Shown: positions 44,801-58,320, numbered from the stretch's first letter. The stretch: 64,000 nucleotides of DNA from the human T2T-CHM13v2.0 reference genome, Homo sapiens (GCF_009914755.1 NC_060934.1); one strand, 5' to 3'. Translations and numbers: made by a program. The notes: a model not told the origin generated them from the letters alone.

Positions 44801-45594
44801 TCATGTACTGCCACATCAGTGAGTTCTTAGGACCGGTGACAGCACCTGTGATCTCATGTACATACATGTATATAATTTAGATCTTAGTCCTTTGATGGTT
44901 ATAGGGTTGCAAATATTTTCATTGTGGCTTGTTTTTTCACTTTGTTCATGTTACCCCGTGACACAGAAGCTTTAAGTCTGATTATAGTCAGACTTCTCTA
45001 TTCTCTTTCCTTTGTAGTTTTTAATTTTTTGTGAATTGAGAAACTCTTCTCATGTGTCCTTAAGAAACAGACACATACAAGGATCTAATTTTTCTACTGT
45101 TTGTAAAAAGAATAAAAATAACATATACCTATACACATGCATTAGGTATCTGTTCACATATATTCACGGGATTGATAAACTCTATCAACTCCTGGACAGC
45201 AGGTTACCAATGACGGTGATAATGGGAAGTGGCCAGTGGTTGCTTAAGGCTGTACTTAATTAAAAAAAAAATGAAGCAAATGTGGAAATATATTAAAATT
45301 GCCTGTTAAATATGGGTGGAAGATAATGGGGCTATTTGTTTATATGTTTGAAATATTTCATACATTTAACAAACTACTTTAAAGAGCTTTCCAAACTATA
45401 CTCTGAGATGTTAAAAATTAAACATCCAACACTTCCTCCTGTCTTTTGACCACTCCGTTGTTGGGCCACCCTATGTTCTAACCACTCACAAATCTTGTGC
45501 CTGATAAGATGATACAGTTAGAAAGATGAACCAACCAAGTATAAGAAAACAAAGAAAAGAAGATTCCAGTCACTGGGGGAGCAAGATTTAATTA

Positions 45595-45805
45595 AGAGGT
45601 ACCATACCCTAATGGTTAAGAGTAGGCTCCATCACTTCTTTGTGTAATCCTGGGCAAGTTATTACAAAACTTCTCTGGGTTTCAGTTTCCTCAGCTGTAA
45701 AATAGGACTAATATGTACTCCTTAGATAAATGAGGATTAAATAAAACAATGTATAGCTCACCAAAATGCTTGGCACATAGCAAGCACTCTAAAAGTAGCT
45801 CATTT
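45595..45805 (+). mobile_element. MIR SINE (host of the alternative ATAD1 exon)
   Basis: ctgggcaagtta...ctctgggtttcagtttcctcagctgtaaaatagg...tgcttggcacatagcaagcactc. Confidence 0.85.
45662..45694 (-). CDS. ATAD1: Putative ATAD1 alternative MIR-derived exon encoding LRKLKPREVL-stop
   Basis: Minus strand cctattttacag|CTG AGG AAA CTG AAA CCC AGA GAA GTT TTG TAA, phase 0 like the exon 8 donor; lies in a MIR core; matches my unverified recollection of a short ATAD1 isoform. Confidence 0.65.
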   Translation of the reverse strand: MRKLKPREVL

Positions 45806-46059
45806 TGTTCTAAGATAATAGCTTTTAGATAAACCATGAAATAATGAGAACTCTTTTCATTAGGCAACTCTGAAGGCAATTCCCAAGTTAAAAAGCTTTT
45901 GAGTATAGGCAGCAACAGCAGAATAAGTTAACAGACTTCTAAAATAGCTTGAAAGAATGATACTTACTTATGCAGTTGTTTATTATTATATCCACCATTA
46001 ATAGTATACTTGTAAATAACATCTATGTACTCTAAGCATTTTACACTTATAATTTTATT

Positions 46060-46680
46060 TCAAGACCAGCTGGGGCAAATGATGAGACCCTGATATGGTC
46101 TGGCTCTGTGTCCCCACCGAAGTCTCATGTTGAATTTAATTCCCAGTGTTAGGGGGAGGGACCTGGTGGGAAGTGATTGGATTATGGGGACAGACTTCCC
46201 CCTTGTTCTCATGATAGTGAGTGAGTTCTCTCAAGATCTGATGGTTTAAAAATGTGTGGCACTTCCCCCTTCACTCTCTCCCACTCCTGCTCTGCCATGG
46301 TAAGACATGCTTGCTTCCCCTTCGCCTTTGACCATGATTGTTAAGTTTCCTGAGGCCTCCCAGCCATGCTTCCTGTACAGCTTGTGGAACGGTGAGTCAA
46401 TTAAACCTCTTTTCTTCATAAGTTATCCAGTCTCAGGTAGTTCTTTATAGCGGTTTGAGAACGGGCTAACACAGACCCCATCTCAACAAAAAAAATTTTG
46501 TTAACTAGCTGGGTGTGTCTAGCTACTCAGGAGGTTGAGGCAGGAGGATCACTTGAGCCAAGGAGTTCAAGGCTGCAGTGAGCTAGGATTACACCACTGC
46601 ATTCCAGTCTGGCTAGAATGATGAGGCTGGTCAGCTAGAATGTAGGAGACTGTCAGTTCTGTCTCAAAACAAAAAACAAA
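46060..46680 (+). mobile_element. 5'-truncated Alu (J-like) split by an MST LTR
   Basis: caagaccagc...gagaccc | LTR | gaccccatctc...ggatcacttgagcc. Confidence 0.85.
46091..46473 (+). mobile_element. MSTA-like MaLR solo LTR
   Basis: tgatatggtctggctctgtgtcccc ... gagaacgggctaacaca; TG...CA ends; 5-bp TSD gaccc. Confidence 0.92.
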
Positions 46681-47286
46681 AACTATTGCTGCTATATCAT
46701 ACAAAAGTAATTTCAGGTCAGTTTGTATAGGGAAAAAAGCTACCTCCTTAAAGTCAGACGAAATACTTTTATAGGGTATAAATTTTATCAGTGCTAATTC
46801 TTTTTATACTTAAAACCTTAAGCCAAAATCACTACACTATCTTTTTAAAATAAGCGAATCATGTTAAGGAATACCTATCAATAAAATAATTGTAAAAGAG
46901 TAGAACACAGTATCATTTCAAAAGCTTCAATCTTTTATTCAGAGAAGATGAACTCAAAGTCTGGAAGTTCATGTGAATTTAAAAAAAAAACAACAAAAAA
47001 CCCTTATTTAGCTCCACAATGTATAAGTATGACAGTGCTCAGTTTACCAAATAAATATATGTGCTACTGATTTGAGGCATCTTTAACAAAATTAAATTAA
47101 TTTTCTTCAGATTTTATTGAAGTAGCAGTAATCCTTCAGCATATAAATACCAACCAGTGGGAAATGACGAGATGTTCTCATGTCAGCAATTATCCAGAGA
47201 GCATTCGTATTTTGCAACATAAAACTGATTAGAGACTATACTTTGTGGTTTTATGAATAACAGAATTGCTAAAAATTCCCTGTATC

Positions 47287-47570
47287 TGCTGGGTGGGATG
47301 GCTCATGCTTGTAATCCTAGCACTTTGGGAGGCTGAGATGGGTGGATCTCTTGAGCTCAGGAGTTCTAGACCAGCCTGGGCAACATGGCGAAACCCCATT
47401 TCTACTAAAAATACAAAAAATTCGCTGGGTGTGGTGCATGCACCTATAGTCCCAGCTACTCAGGGGGCTGAGGCGGGGGGATCACTTGAGCCCAGGGAGG
47501 CTGCAGTGAGCTGAGATTGTGCCACTGCACTCTAGCCTGGGTGACAAAGCAGAGATTGTCTAAAAAAAAA
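47287..47570 (+). mobile_element. Alu (Jb-like)
   Basis: TSD aaaattccctgta. Confidence 0.92.
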
Positions 47571-47685
47571 ATTCCCTGTAGCCATGAAAAATATAATCCT
47601 AAAAGAATTTCCAAAGACAGTACTAAGAAAGCAGAATACTGAATACTAAAATTAAGAGACATGTATAATTTCTTCCTCTTATTTC

Positions 47686-47951
47686 TTTTTTAGAGACAGG
47701 ATCTTGCTCTGTCACCCAGGCTAGAATGCAGTGGTGCATCCACTGCAGCCTTGAACTTCTAAGCTCAAGTGATCCTCCTGCCTCAGCCTCCCGAGTAACT
47801 AGGCAGACCCATTTAAATTTTAAAATTTCTTTGTAGAGGTGAGGTCTCATCATGTTGCCCGGACCTGTCTCAAACTCCTGGCCTCAAGTGATCCTCCCAC
47901 CATGACCTTCAGAAGTGCTAGGATTACAGGCATGAGTCACCATGCCCAGCA
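47686..47951 (-). mobile_element. Alu (J-like)
   Basis: Diverged antisense dimer. Confidence 0.88.
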
Positions 47952-48331
47952 CTGACATGAGTAACTTCTTAAGTTTAAATGTGAAACTAAATAACCTGTG
48001 TAAATTATGGCTCTGTTACAAGGGCTTAAATTTCATCACTTGTACTCATATTAATCAGCTATATGTAAATCATCTGCATCATCTCCAGCTACACTAGACC
48101 ACACTATATTTCAAAAATGTTATAAACTTCCAGTCATGCAAAACGATCCTTCATTAAAATGGTTTAAATTAAATAACTGTATTGGTTAACTTGAAGTCTC
48201 CAAAATTGTAACTACCTTCTAGTATCTGTTAAATTTCTAGCCACACCATGGCCATCCTAATTCAAAGGAACTTATTAACTATCCCCTTTATTTTCTTCTC
48301 TAAACTTTTCACTGGTGTCTATCACTGTTAA

Positions 48332-48687
<356 letters not shown>

Positions 48688-48696
48688 TAAAAGTCA

Positions 48697-49057
<361 letters not shown>

Positions 49058-49284
49058 TTACCTAAAAAACATGGAGAATTTTAGGAATTTCTCTGAAACT
49101 GTACATATTTCATGTACATACGTAGCTTTCTTAGAAAAGACTACTTTTATCTCATTCTTAAAGGGCTCTATGACATGCTCCCCCCAAAATGATTCATAAC
49201 CACTGATCCTAATCTTTGTAATTTGCTAGGTTCTTTAAGCTTTTGCATACACTATATGTTATTTTGATATGTTTTAAGGCAATA

Positions 49285-49583
49285 GGTCAAGAATGGTGGT
49301 TCATGCCTATAATCCTAGCACTTTGGGAGTCCAGGGCAGGAGGATACCTCGAGGTCAGGAGTTCAAAACCTGCCTGGATAACATAGCGAGACCCTTTCTC
49401 TACAAGAAGATTTTTAAAAAACAAAAAACAACTAGCTGTGCGTGGTGAAGCATGCCTGCAGTCCTAACTACTTGGGAGACTGAGGTGGGAGGATCACTTG
49501 AGCCCAGGAGATCAAGGTTGCAGTGCACTATGATCATATCACAGCACTTTAGCCTGGGTAATACAGTGAGACCCTAAAAAAAC
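49285..49583 (+). mobile_element. Alu (J-like)
   Basis: Diverged dimer; an extra 3'-end piece at 49591-49622. Confidence 0.85.
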
Positions 49584-50085
49584 AACACGTCAGCCTGGGT
49601 AAACAGAGTGAGACTCTATCTCTCCTCTCTTTTTTTTTTGTAAGTTACATGGAACTCTGCTTGATAAGATATCTGATCTCTTTAAAAAATAAATAAATCA
49701 TTAGGACACAACTGAAAGACACAAAGGTAAACAACCCAGAAAGACATATATGCCTTTGGGCAGAAAGATTCAACATCAAAAAGATTATCTTAAATGAGAA
49801 TCCACCAAAAATATTAATGCTTGTTTTTTTCCTATGTAAGACAAATTGATTCTAAAATTTATGCAGAGAAAAAGAATTAAAATAACCTTGGGGTTCGGGG
49901 ACAACAAGGGATATATAGTTCTACCAGATATTAAAACTTACAAAGCCTCAATAATTAAAACAGTATTAATCCTAGTGCATAAAGACACGAAAGACCAAGA
50001 CCTGAATTTAAAGTCCAGAAACAGAGACAATACATATGAGAATTTGGTAAAAGTGGCATCTGTAGTGGCTATAAAAAAAAAAATG

Positions 50086-50392
<307 letters not shown>

Positions 50393-51656
50393 AGGTGTTG
50401 GACAACTAGGTATCCATCTAGAAAAACAAAACCAAAGTTGGATTCATACTGCATATCATCTATCTAAATTCCAAATATGATAAAGATTTAAATGTAAAAC
50501 GTACAAGCCACTGAGATATTATGTTTCTCCTGATGGAAGAACATAATTCTACTTATGAAGCTGTGCTGTCCTGTCCTGTGTCTCCTCCCCACCACCCTGA
50601 ACCTCATCCAGTCTCTTGATCCAACTACCAATATTAGAGCAACAACTACTCCTCTGCAATCGGCAAAACCCAGACTGTGGACAACTTAGGACAAACCCAA
50701 CCTAGTTTCTCCAGTAAATAATTTTAAAAGGTTGGGTGTGTGGGGGGGAAGCAAGATAAGGGAAGAACCTATAACCTATAAATTAAAAGAGACATAAAAA
50801 GTATCAAAGAATTGCAAATTAGGAAATTCATACGATCTTGAGTCAAATACATGGTTTAAAAAAAGGCATTTAGAAAACAATAATCAGAGACTTGTACATA
50901 GACTAGATAATGAAAATAATGACTTACTGTCAATTATTTAATAGGTATAACATGGCAATGAGGCTAGGTTAAAAAAAAAGAATCCTTTTCTTTTAGAGAT
51001 ACAACTAAAACATTTATGGGTGAGATATAATGGGAAAAAATAGGAAGTGTGGAAGTAGGGCATGGCTGGAGAAGAATTAGCCATGGGGTTTCTGGTAGTT
51101 CAAGGAAGGAGGGAAGCCATAAAAATACAAGTATTTTGATAAAAGTAGTATCTCTACTAAGGTTCATTCACTATCAGAATCTATTTGATTTATTAGTTTA
51201 TACAGTGAGTTGTAACAGTGAGTTTAGATATCAAGTTTGGGATAAAGAGGAATACCACGTTATTCAATTATATGCAGTTATCGAGTTTTGGGAAAACAGG
51301 TAGCAAGAGTTTGGAAAGTGTGGAAAATTACTTTATAAACTTGGGAGTAGGAAAGGCCTTTAAATTTATATTCAAAATCCAGAAGCCATAGGGGGGGTGG
51401 GTGGGGGGGAAGAAAACTCCAATAAAATCGGAAGACAACTTGGAAAAAAATATTTTCAAATCATACAAAGGGCAAATCTCCATAATACAAAGAGTTCCTA
51501 CAGATTTATTATGAAAAGGAGCACTGCAATAGAAAAATGGGCAAAATATATGAATATACAGTTCACAGAAAAAAATTCAAATGCTTCTTAAACATACAAT
51601 ATTCATTCCATCCCTAAAGAATGCAAATTAAAACTTTAATGAGATAACCATTTTTG

Positions 51657-51975
51657 ACCAGCTGTGGTGGTTCATGCCTATAATTCCAGCCTTGGGAGGC
51701 CAAGGCGGGGGGATTGCTTGAACCCAGGAGTTCAACACCAGCCTGGGCAACACAGCAAGATACCATCTCAACAAAATAAATAACTAAATAAATAAACAGA
51801 ATTAGCCAGGCTTGCTGGTACATGCCTGTAATCTGCTTGGGAGGGTGAGGCGGGAAGATTACTTGGGCCCAGGAGTTTAAGGCTGCAGTGAGCCCTGATC
51901 ACACCACTGCACTTCAGGCTAGGCAACAGAGAGAGATCATGTCACAAAAAAGAAAAAAAACAAAAACAAAAAAAC
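51657..51975 (+). mobile_element. Alu (J-like)
   Basis: TSD gagataaccatttt. Confidence 0.9.
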
Positions 51976-52475
51976 AGAGAGATAACCATTTTCTATCTAT
52001 CATGTTGGCACGAAGTTCCATAACATTCTGTTGGCAAGACTATAGGAAAAGAGGCACTCTTTATCACAGGAATATGAGTAAACCGTAACAATGTGGCAAT
52101 AGCTACCAAAATTATAAACACTCTAACCTTTGATCTAGCAATTCCGCTCCTGGATAATTTACTTTACTAATATTCCTGTATAAGTATGAAATGACATACA
52201 CACAAGGTTATTAAATGTAGAATTTTTATAATAGTGAAAGACCAGAATCAATCCAAATGTCCTTCAATGTGGCATTGATTCACTAAATTCCAGAATGTCC
52301 ATACAGTGGAATCCTATGTAGTGTAAAAACAAAGAGAGACAACAGAATAAGGAAACTAGATGCTAATATGGAAAGATCTCAACGATACGTAAAAAAAGCA
52401 ATGCACAGAACAGTGTGTATGTGTTATTGATAGTTTATATAAAAAATAAGTAAATAAAAGGAGAAATAACATATG

Positions 52476-52745
52476 AGGCCAGGAGTTTGAGACCAGCCGG
52501 GCCAACATGGTGAAACCATGGTAAAAATATATGGTAAAATGCAAAAAATACATGGTAAAAATACAAAAATTAGCCGAGTGTGGTGGCACACGCCTGTAAT
52601 CCCAGCTACTCAGGAGGCTGAGACATGAGAATCACTTGAACCTGGGAGGCAGAGGTTGCAGTGAGCCGAGATCGTGCCACTGCAATCCAGCCTGGACTAC
52701 AGAGTGACACTCTGCTTCAAAAAAAAAAGAAAGAAAAGAAAAAAA
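52476..52745 (+). mobile_element. 5'-truncated Alu with a rearranged linker
   Basis: gaggccaggagtttgagacc to A tail. Confidence 0.88.
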
Positions 52746-53159
52746 TATATACAGGAAAAAAGAGAAGATTTTTCTCCGTGTATTATTAAATATACATACT
52801 TTAATTTTTGAAACATGTGACCAAAAAAACCTTAAACACAAAAGCTATTGAAAATTTTGATTACCACAACTTCTTAAATTTAAATTTCAACTTCAAAAAA
52901 TATTGCAATTTTCAGCACCACAGGAAAGGTTAAAAAAATGCAATTAAGTAAAAAACAACGACAAAAAACTTCTGTAGAAAAACAAATGTATCTTACATAA
53001 AATCAGACAATAGTCTGAAAAATATCAGAGCATTTTAATGCACAGATACAAAAACACATGGCTCTAAAAACATAAGAAAAGTATCTTTAACTCACATATA
53101 CCATAGTTACTGAGTTACATAAGCAACCAAGAGGATTCAGGTCAAGTTCAAAGGTGTAT

Positions 53160-53481
53160 CAGTGCCTCAGCCTTTTTGGCATCAGGGACCAATTTTGTGG
53201 AAGACAATTTTTCCACAGACCTGGAGAAGTGGAGGAGGGGGGCATAGTTTGGGGATGATTCAAGTGCATTACATTTATCATTAGACTCTCATAAGAAGCG
53301 AGCAACCCCCCTCGCATGCACAGTTCACAATAGGGTTTGCAATCCTATGAGAATCCAGTGCCGCTGCTGATGTGACAGGAAGTGGAGCTCTAGCCCACAG
53401 CTCACCTCCTGCTGTGCGGCCCAGTTCCTAACAGGCCATAGACCAGTACCAGTCTGTGGCTGCAGGGGCTGGAGATCCTTG
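53160..53481 (+). mobile_element. MER1-family (MER1B-like) hAT MITE
   Basis: cctttttggcatcagggaccaattttgtggaagacaatttttccacagac ... ttcctaacaggcc. Confidence 0.85.
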
Positions 53482-53580
53482 GGGTATATCATTCTCAGAT
53501 TCCTTCCTCATTTTTCTCTAAAATAACTTTATGAACATCAGATTTATAGGACGGGGAAAAAATTTTTATTTTCTACTTAC

Positions 53581-53631
53581 ATTTTCATTTTTCAAGATGA
53601 GTTTCAGGATTGCTTCTCTCTGTTTTAAAGC
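53581..53631 (-). CDS. ATAD1: ATAD1 exon 8
   Basis: ttttag|GCT; ALKQREAILKLILKNEN; AAT|gtaagt; 51 nt, phase 0-0. Confidence 0.96.
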
Positions 53632-54710
53632 CTAAAAGCAGGATAATTTCCAGTTAGCATTTTTATTTTTTATTTTTTTAAAAAGATCAAGTAGTGTTCC
53701 TAATATTTTGTCCCTTCTAAAGTCTCTCTCAATACTTATAAGGAGATGACAGAAACTTTGAAGAGGTCAAAGCAACTAGATTCAAGGCTCTAGAGTAATT
53801 ATCTCTGGTTCTCCTACTGAACTGTATCTTCTTACTCTCATCCCCAGTGCCTAGTACAATGTTTGGGAAATAACACACCTTTAATCTTTAATGAGTAAAT
53901 GAATATCTATGACTATAATGTCTTCCCTCTATAGTTCAGCAATCTTCATTTTTTTTCCCTTCATGCAGGAAACTCATGAAAACTCACCATAAAATTTATT
54001 ATCAGTAATTCAAAGAGATGGCAACAGTAACTTCTCAGTTCCTCCATTTCCTTCTCCTTCTTTGACCACTAATTTATATTAGTGAATTTTAATTTAGTGC
54101 TGATGATATATTTGTTTACATGTCTGTATGCTTTTCCCCCAGTGACAATTCCTATTTTTACACCATACAATAAATACAAACTACATTTAGCTCCTTTTAT
54201 AGAATCCCTCAGCTATATAGTCAATATAGATGCTTCTTAAAACTATCATGGCTGAATTTATCCCTATTCCCACAAACATCGACAAAGCAGAGCTGGTTAC
54301 AATGACTACCAAATCAAATTACTTGAAAAACAAACCAAACTCTGCTCTTTCTGTAATTTAAGTGTGTCAAGTAGGAAGGTTAATTTGATATGTCATGTGA
54401 TCACCAACAAATACTCTGTTAAACATTTCACTTGGAGAAAAGTTTTAAGATTAACCATACACTTTACATCATATTACATAAGAAAAAAAACTAACCTATA
54501 AAGCGTATTCACTAAAATGGAATAAAATGGAGGTTACAAATTTCCATTTCTATGTTAACACTATACAAATTTATAATAAACTTGATAAAACCTGTTACAA
54601 CCCATTTTGATTACTCACACGACATATTAAATTTACAACTTTAATTGTGGCTACTTTCCATGCTACTGTATCCTATGTTCTATTGTACTGTACATCAAAA
54701 ACCATAGCTG

Positions 54711-54986
54711 GCCAGCCACAGTGGCTCATGCCAGTAATCCTAACACTTTGGGAGGCAAAGGTAGGAGGGTCCCTTGAGGCCAGGAGTTGAGACTAGCCTG
54801 GGCAACATAGTGAGACCCGTCTGTAAAAAAATTCAAAAATTAGCCAAACGTGGTGGTGCATGCCTATAGTCCTAACTACTCAGGAGGCTCAGGTGGAAAG
54901 ACTGTTTGAGCCCAAGAGTCAAGGCTGCAGTGGGCTATAATTTATAATTGTACGGCTGACAGAGCAAGACTCTGTCTTTAAAAAAA
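54711..54986 (+). mobile_element. Alu (J-like)
   Basis: Diverged dimer. Confidence 0.88.
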
Positions 54987-55149
54987 GAATAAAATTTAAA
55001 AAACCCTTAATTGTCCATTGTACTAACTATTGGATTAGTGATAGAGATTCTATAAATTATCTTCAGAACCAATTAGGTAAACAAATTTTTAAAAAAGTGT
55101 TCTGATGTCTTGCTTACAAAATCAAAACTCTTGTGCAAAGCATATAAAG

Positions 55150-55570
55150 TTCACCTAAACCCAGAAGCAGTCTACCTTTTCAGCCTCCTCTCCATCTATA
55201 TTCCTTGGTGCTGCGCTCACCAAACTACCCTCAGAACTCACCATTAAACAGTGCTTCCACAAATTCTTGACTTTGTTCATTCTGGCAGGAAAGCCCTTCC
55301 TTGTCTCATTTGCCTGTCAAATTCCTATCATCCTTCAAGGTCCAGCTGGATTCTGTAAATTCCATGGACTTCCCTGACAGAATATTAGTTTTCATCAACA
55401 TCTCAGGCTCTCATAGCTCTTTAAACATACCTTCATAAAGCATATTTTACATTATTTATTTCTGTGTCTGCCTCTCCAAAACAGAATTCTTCAAGGACCA
55501 GGCCCATGTCCCATCCACCAGATCCTAGCAGGTCTGTGACACATATTAATGCTCAATAAATATTAGTCAT
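55150..55570 (+). mobile_element. L2 3' end
   Basis: tcctatcatccttcaaggtccagct ... tgctcaataaatatt. Confidence 0.6.
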
Positions 55571-55574
55571 ACTA

Positions 55575-55865
55575 GGCTGGGTGCAGTGACTCATGCCTGT
55601 AATCCCACTTTTGGAGGCTGAGGCAGGCATATCATCTGAGGTCAGGAGTTCGAGACCAGCCTGGCCAACATGGTGAAACCCCGTCTCTACTAATAATACA
55701 AAAATTAGCAGGGCATGGTGGTGGGCGCCTGTAATCCCAACTTATTGGGAGGCTGAGGCGGGCTCGCTTTAACCTGGGAAGCAGAGATTGCAGTGAGCCA
55801 AGATCGCGTCACTGCACTCCAGCCTGGGTGACAGGCAAGACTCTGTCTCAAAGAAAAAAAAAAAA
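55575..55865 (+). mobile_element. Alu (Sx-like)
   Basis: TSD agtcatacta. Confidence 0.93.
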
Positions 55866-56859
55866 TCAGTCATACTAAATAAATTTTATAGTCTCCTAAA
55901 TTAAGTTTAAAAATCTTTTCATTGATTCATTGGGTAAATTTTCTAAGGATGTGCACACACTTAACCACTTTATTACAGTTGTAGCTATAGTAAAGAGTTG
56001 ATCAGAGTAATTTTATAGAGTCCATAACCATCAATCTTTCAGAGATCATGTTTACTACCAAAAACCAATCTGATAAATTACAGAATATAAATGGGACAAA
56101 TGATTTTTAGCCAGATTATAAATGGAATTAGAGTAAGTTCCTCTAAATGGCAACACATGTAACATGCTGATTGTATGGAACATATTTTCTACTAGTAAAA
56201 CCTGTTTTTTCTTTCCTTTGCAGTCTGAAGGCAGACAGAATTCAAGATTTGAAGATCTGTGCCAAAATTATAGTGTACTGGTAAGTCATAATCATCTACT
56301 AGAGGGGTACTTTTTAACTAACAAAAAATGCTAGAAAGAAGGCAGAACTGGTTTAACACCATCTAAGCGTTTGCATTCTTAAGGTAAACTATGATATCTA
56401 CTGGAATCATTAATCCTATCAGGGAAGCACTGACTACATCTGCCAATACTCAATCAAATAAATCCCTGTTGTTGTTCATGGCAGGCCTTCTGAATAGAAC
56501 AATTCTTCAAGCCAAATTTCTCCAATTCTATTCTATGCTAAACCAAAACTATAATTTAGATTTTCTTATGTATCTTCCTGTATAGATGACTTCCTATATC
56601 CTAAAGTAAATCACTAAAATAGCCAGGCAAACTTGAGATAACTATATATATATACTTTGAAGAGAAGCAAGTAACACTAATCTTAGGATAGAAATAGAGA
56701 GTGGAAAGGACAAAGAAGCTACTGTCAGGGTTTCTGCCCCATTCCTTCCCTGTCATAAGCACCCCTATATGACAAAATATTCCCTTCTTAAAATTAAAGG
56801 TGAAGACCTATAAAAAGGTGAGTATTTAACTCTTCATAATATCAATCAAGACCACCTAC

Positions 56860-56949
56860 AGGCTGGTTGATATGAAATCTTGTAGGCATTCTTCTCATTA
56901 TAGCCGAGTCAAGGTCCTGAGGACGATTGGTAGCTCCCATTACTATGAC
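56860..56949 (-). CDS. ATAD1: ATAD1 exon 7, second region of homology (sensor 1, arginine fingers)
   Basis: acttag|GTC; VIVMGATNRPQDLDSAIMRRMPTRFHINQP; CCT|gtaggt; 90 nt, phase 0-0. Confidence 0.98.
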
Positions 56950-58094
56950 CTAAGTGTATAAAGAAGACAGAAGGTATTAAATCTACCAATTATACTCCTC
57001 TGAGAATGTTATTACTAGGGCTTAGTTTTAAAAATTAAGTGGTATTTTAACTAAATCCTTTGTAAGAAATCTGATTTTAAATCACTATTATTCAACTATT
57101 TACAGGTATAAATTGAAGTTAATCCTAAATAAATCAAATATTAGCAAAACTGGAAAACTAATGCATTTCACTTCATGTCTTTCTAGAAATTAAAGTATGT
57201 AATGTTCAGTTGCAAATAGCCACTGAAAAATTATTAAAATTTGCTTTTAAAAAACTATTGTATTTTGCAAAATATGGTGCTTAATGAATACATGTTGAAT
57301 GACTAAAACCCATTATGTTATAGCTTGGGTATACAGTTTGGGAGTATAAGGGGATAATTCAAGTCCTTAAATAATAATATTATGGAGAGAATCATTTCCC
57401 CTTAATAAGTCTGAAGATTCTGGTAACTGTAATAGATACTGTGTACTTTTTCTCTATATTTCACATCATCATCTCATGGTACTATCAGCACTGCAGGTGA
57501 TAGCTTCTCAATGCGAAATAAAGTCTCAAGTAATCCAACTTTAAACAAAGATAACAGAGTATAAGCAAACATCAAAATGCTGGGAAGAACTCTTTTTAAA
57601 AATGCTGGCAGCCCTGCCAACCTCTGAGTCTATGTCACTTATTTATAAAGGATGTAGAGATTAAAAAAAAAAAAAGAACTTTAAAAATAAACATGAATAA
57701 AAACAAAGATATATAAAACAAGTTAATTTCTGAAGGACATCAATATTACCTTTACTGTTGATACTTCAGTATAACCCAGTAACAATACACATCTGCTATC
57801 CAAAGTGAAATTTATTGGTATTCCATGGAAACACATTTCTCTAACATTACCTTATTTCTCCCTAAGAGGTTTTACATTTCTGAAATAATCCAAATCTTAT
57901 ATCCTACTTCTACTCTACACTGAATGACATTCAGGAGCCTCAGAGCCCAATTACTTTCAATTAACTGTGAGAGTTTGCCACCTAGAGGAAGAAAATATAA
58001 ACACAAATTTGAAAAATGTTAGTTCCACAACACAACATAATGCAAGTTTGTATTTGTGTTAAGTGGTCCTAAAATCAAAATATTAATGCTCATA

Positions 58095-58320
58095 TTTATT
58101 TTTCTTTATTTTCTTTCTTTCTTTCTTTCTTTTTTTGAAGACAGAAAGTAGCTGGGACTACAGGCACATGCCACTGTGCCTAGCTGATTTTTCCGTCTTT
58201 AGTAGAGACAAGGTCTCACTATGTTGCCTATGCTGGTCTGAAACCTCTGGGCTCAAGCGATCCTCCCCACTCAGCCTCCCAAAGTGCTGGGATTACAGAT
58301 GTGAAACACCACACCCAGCC
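58095..58320 (-). mobile_element. Alu lacking most of its right arm
   Basis: (TTTC)n tail joined almost directly to agtagctgggactacagg. Confidence 0.85.
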
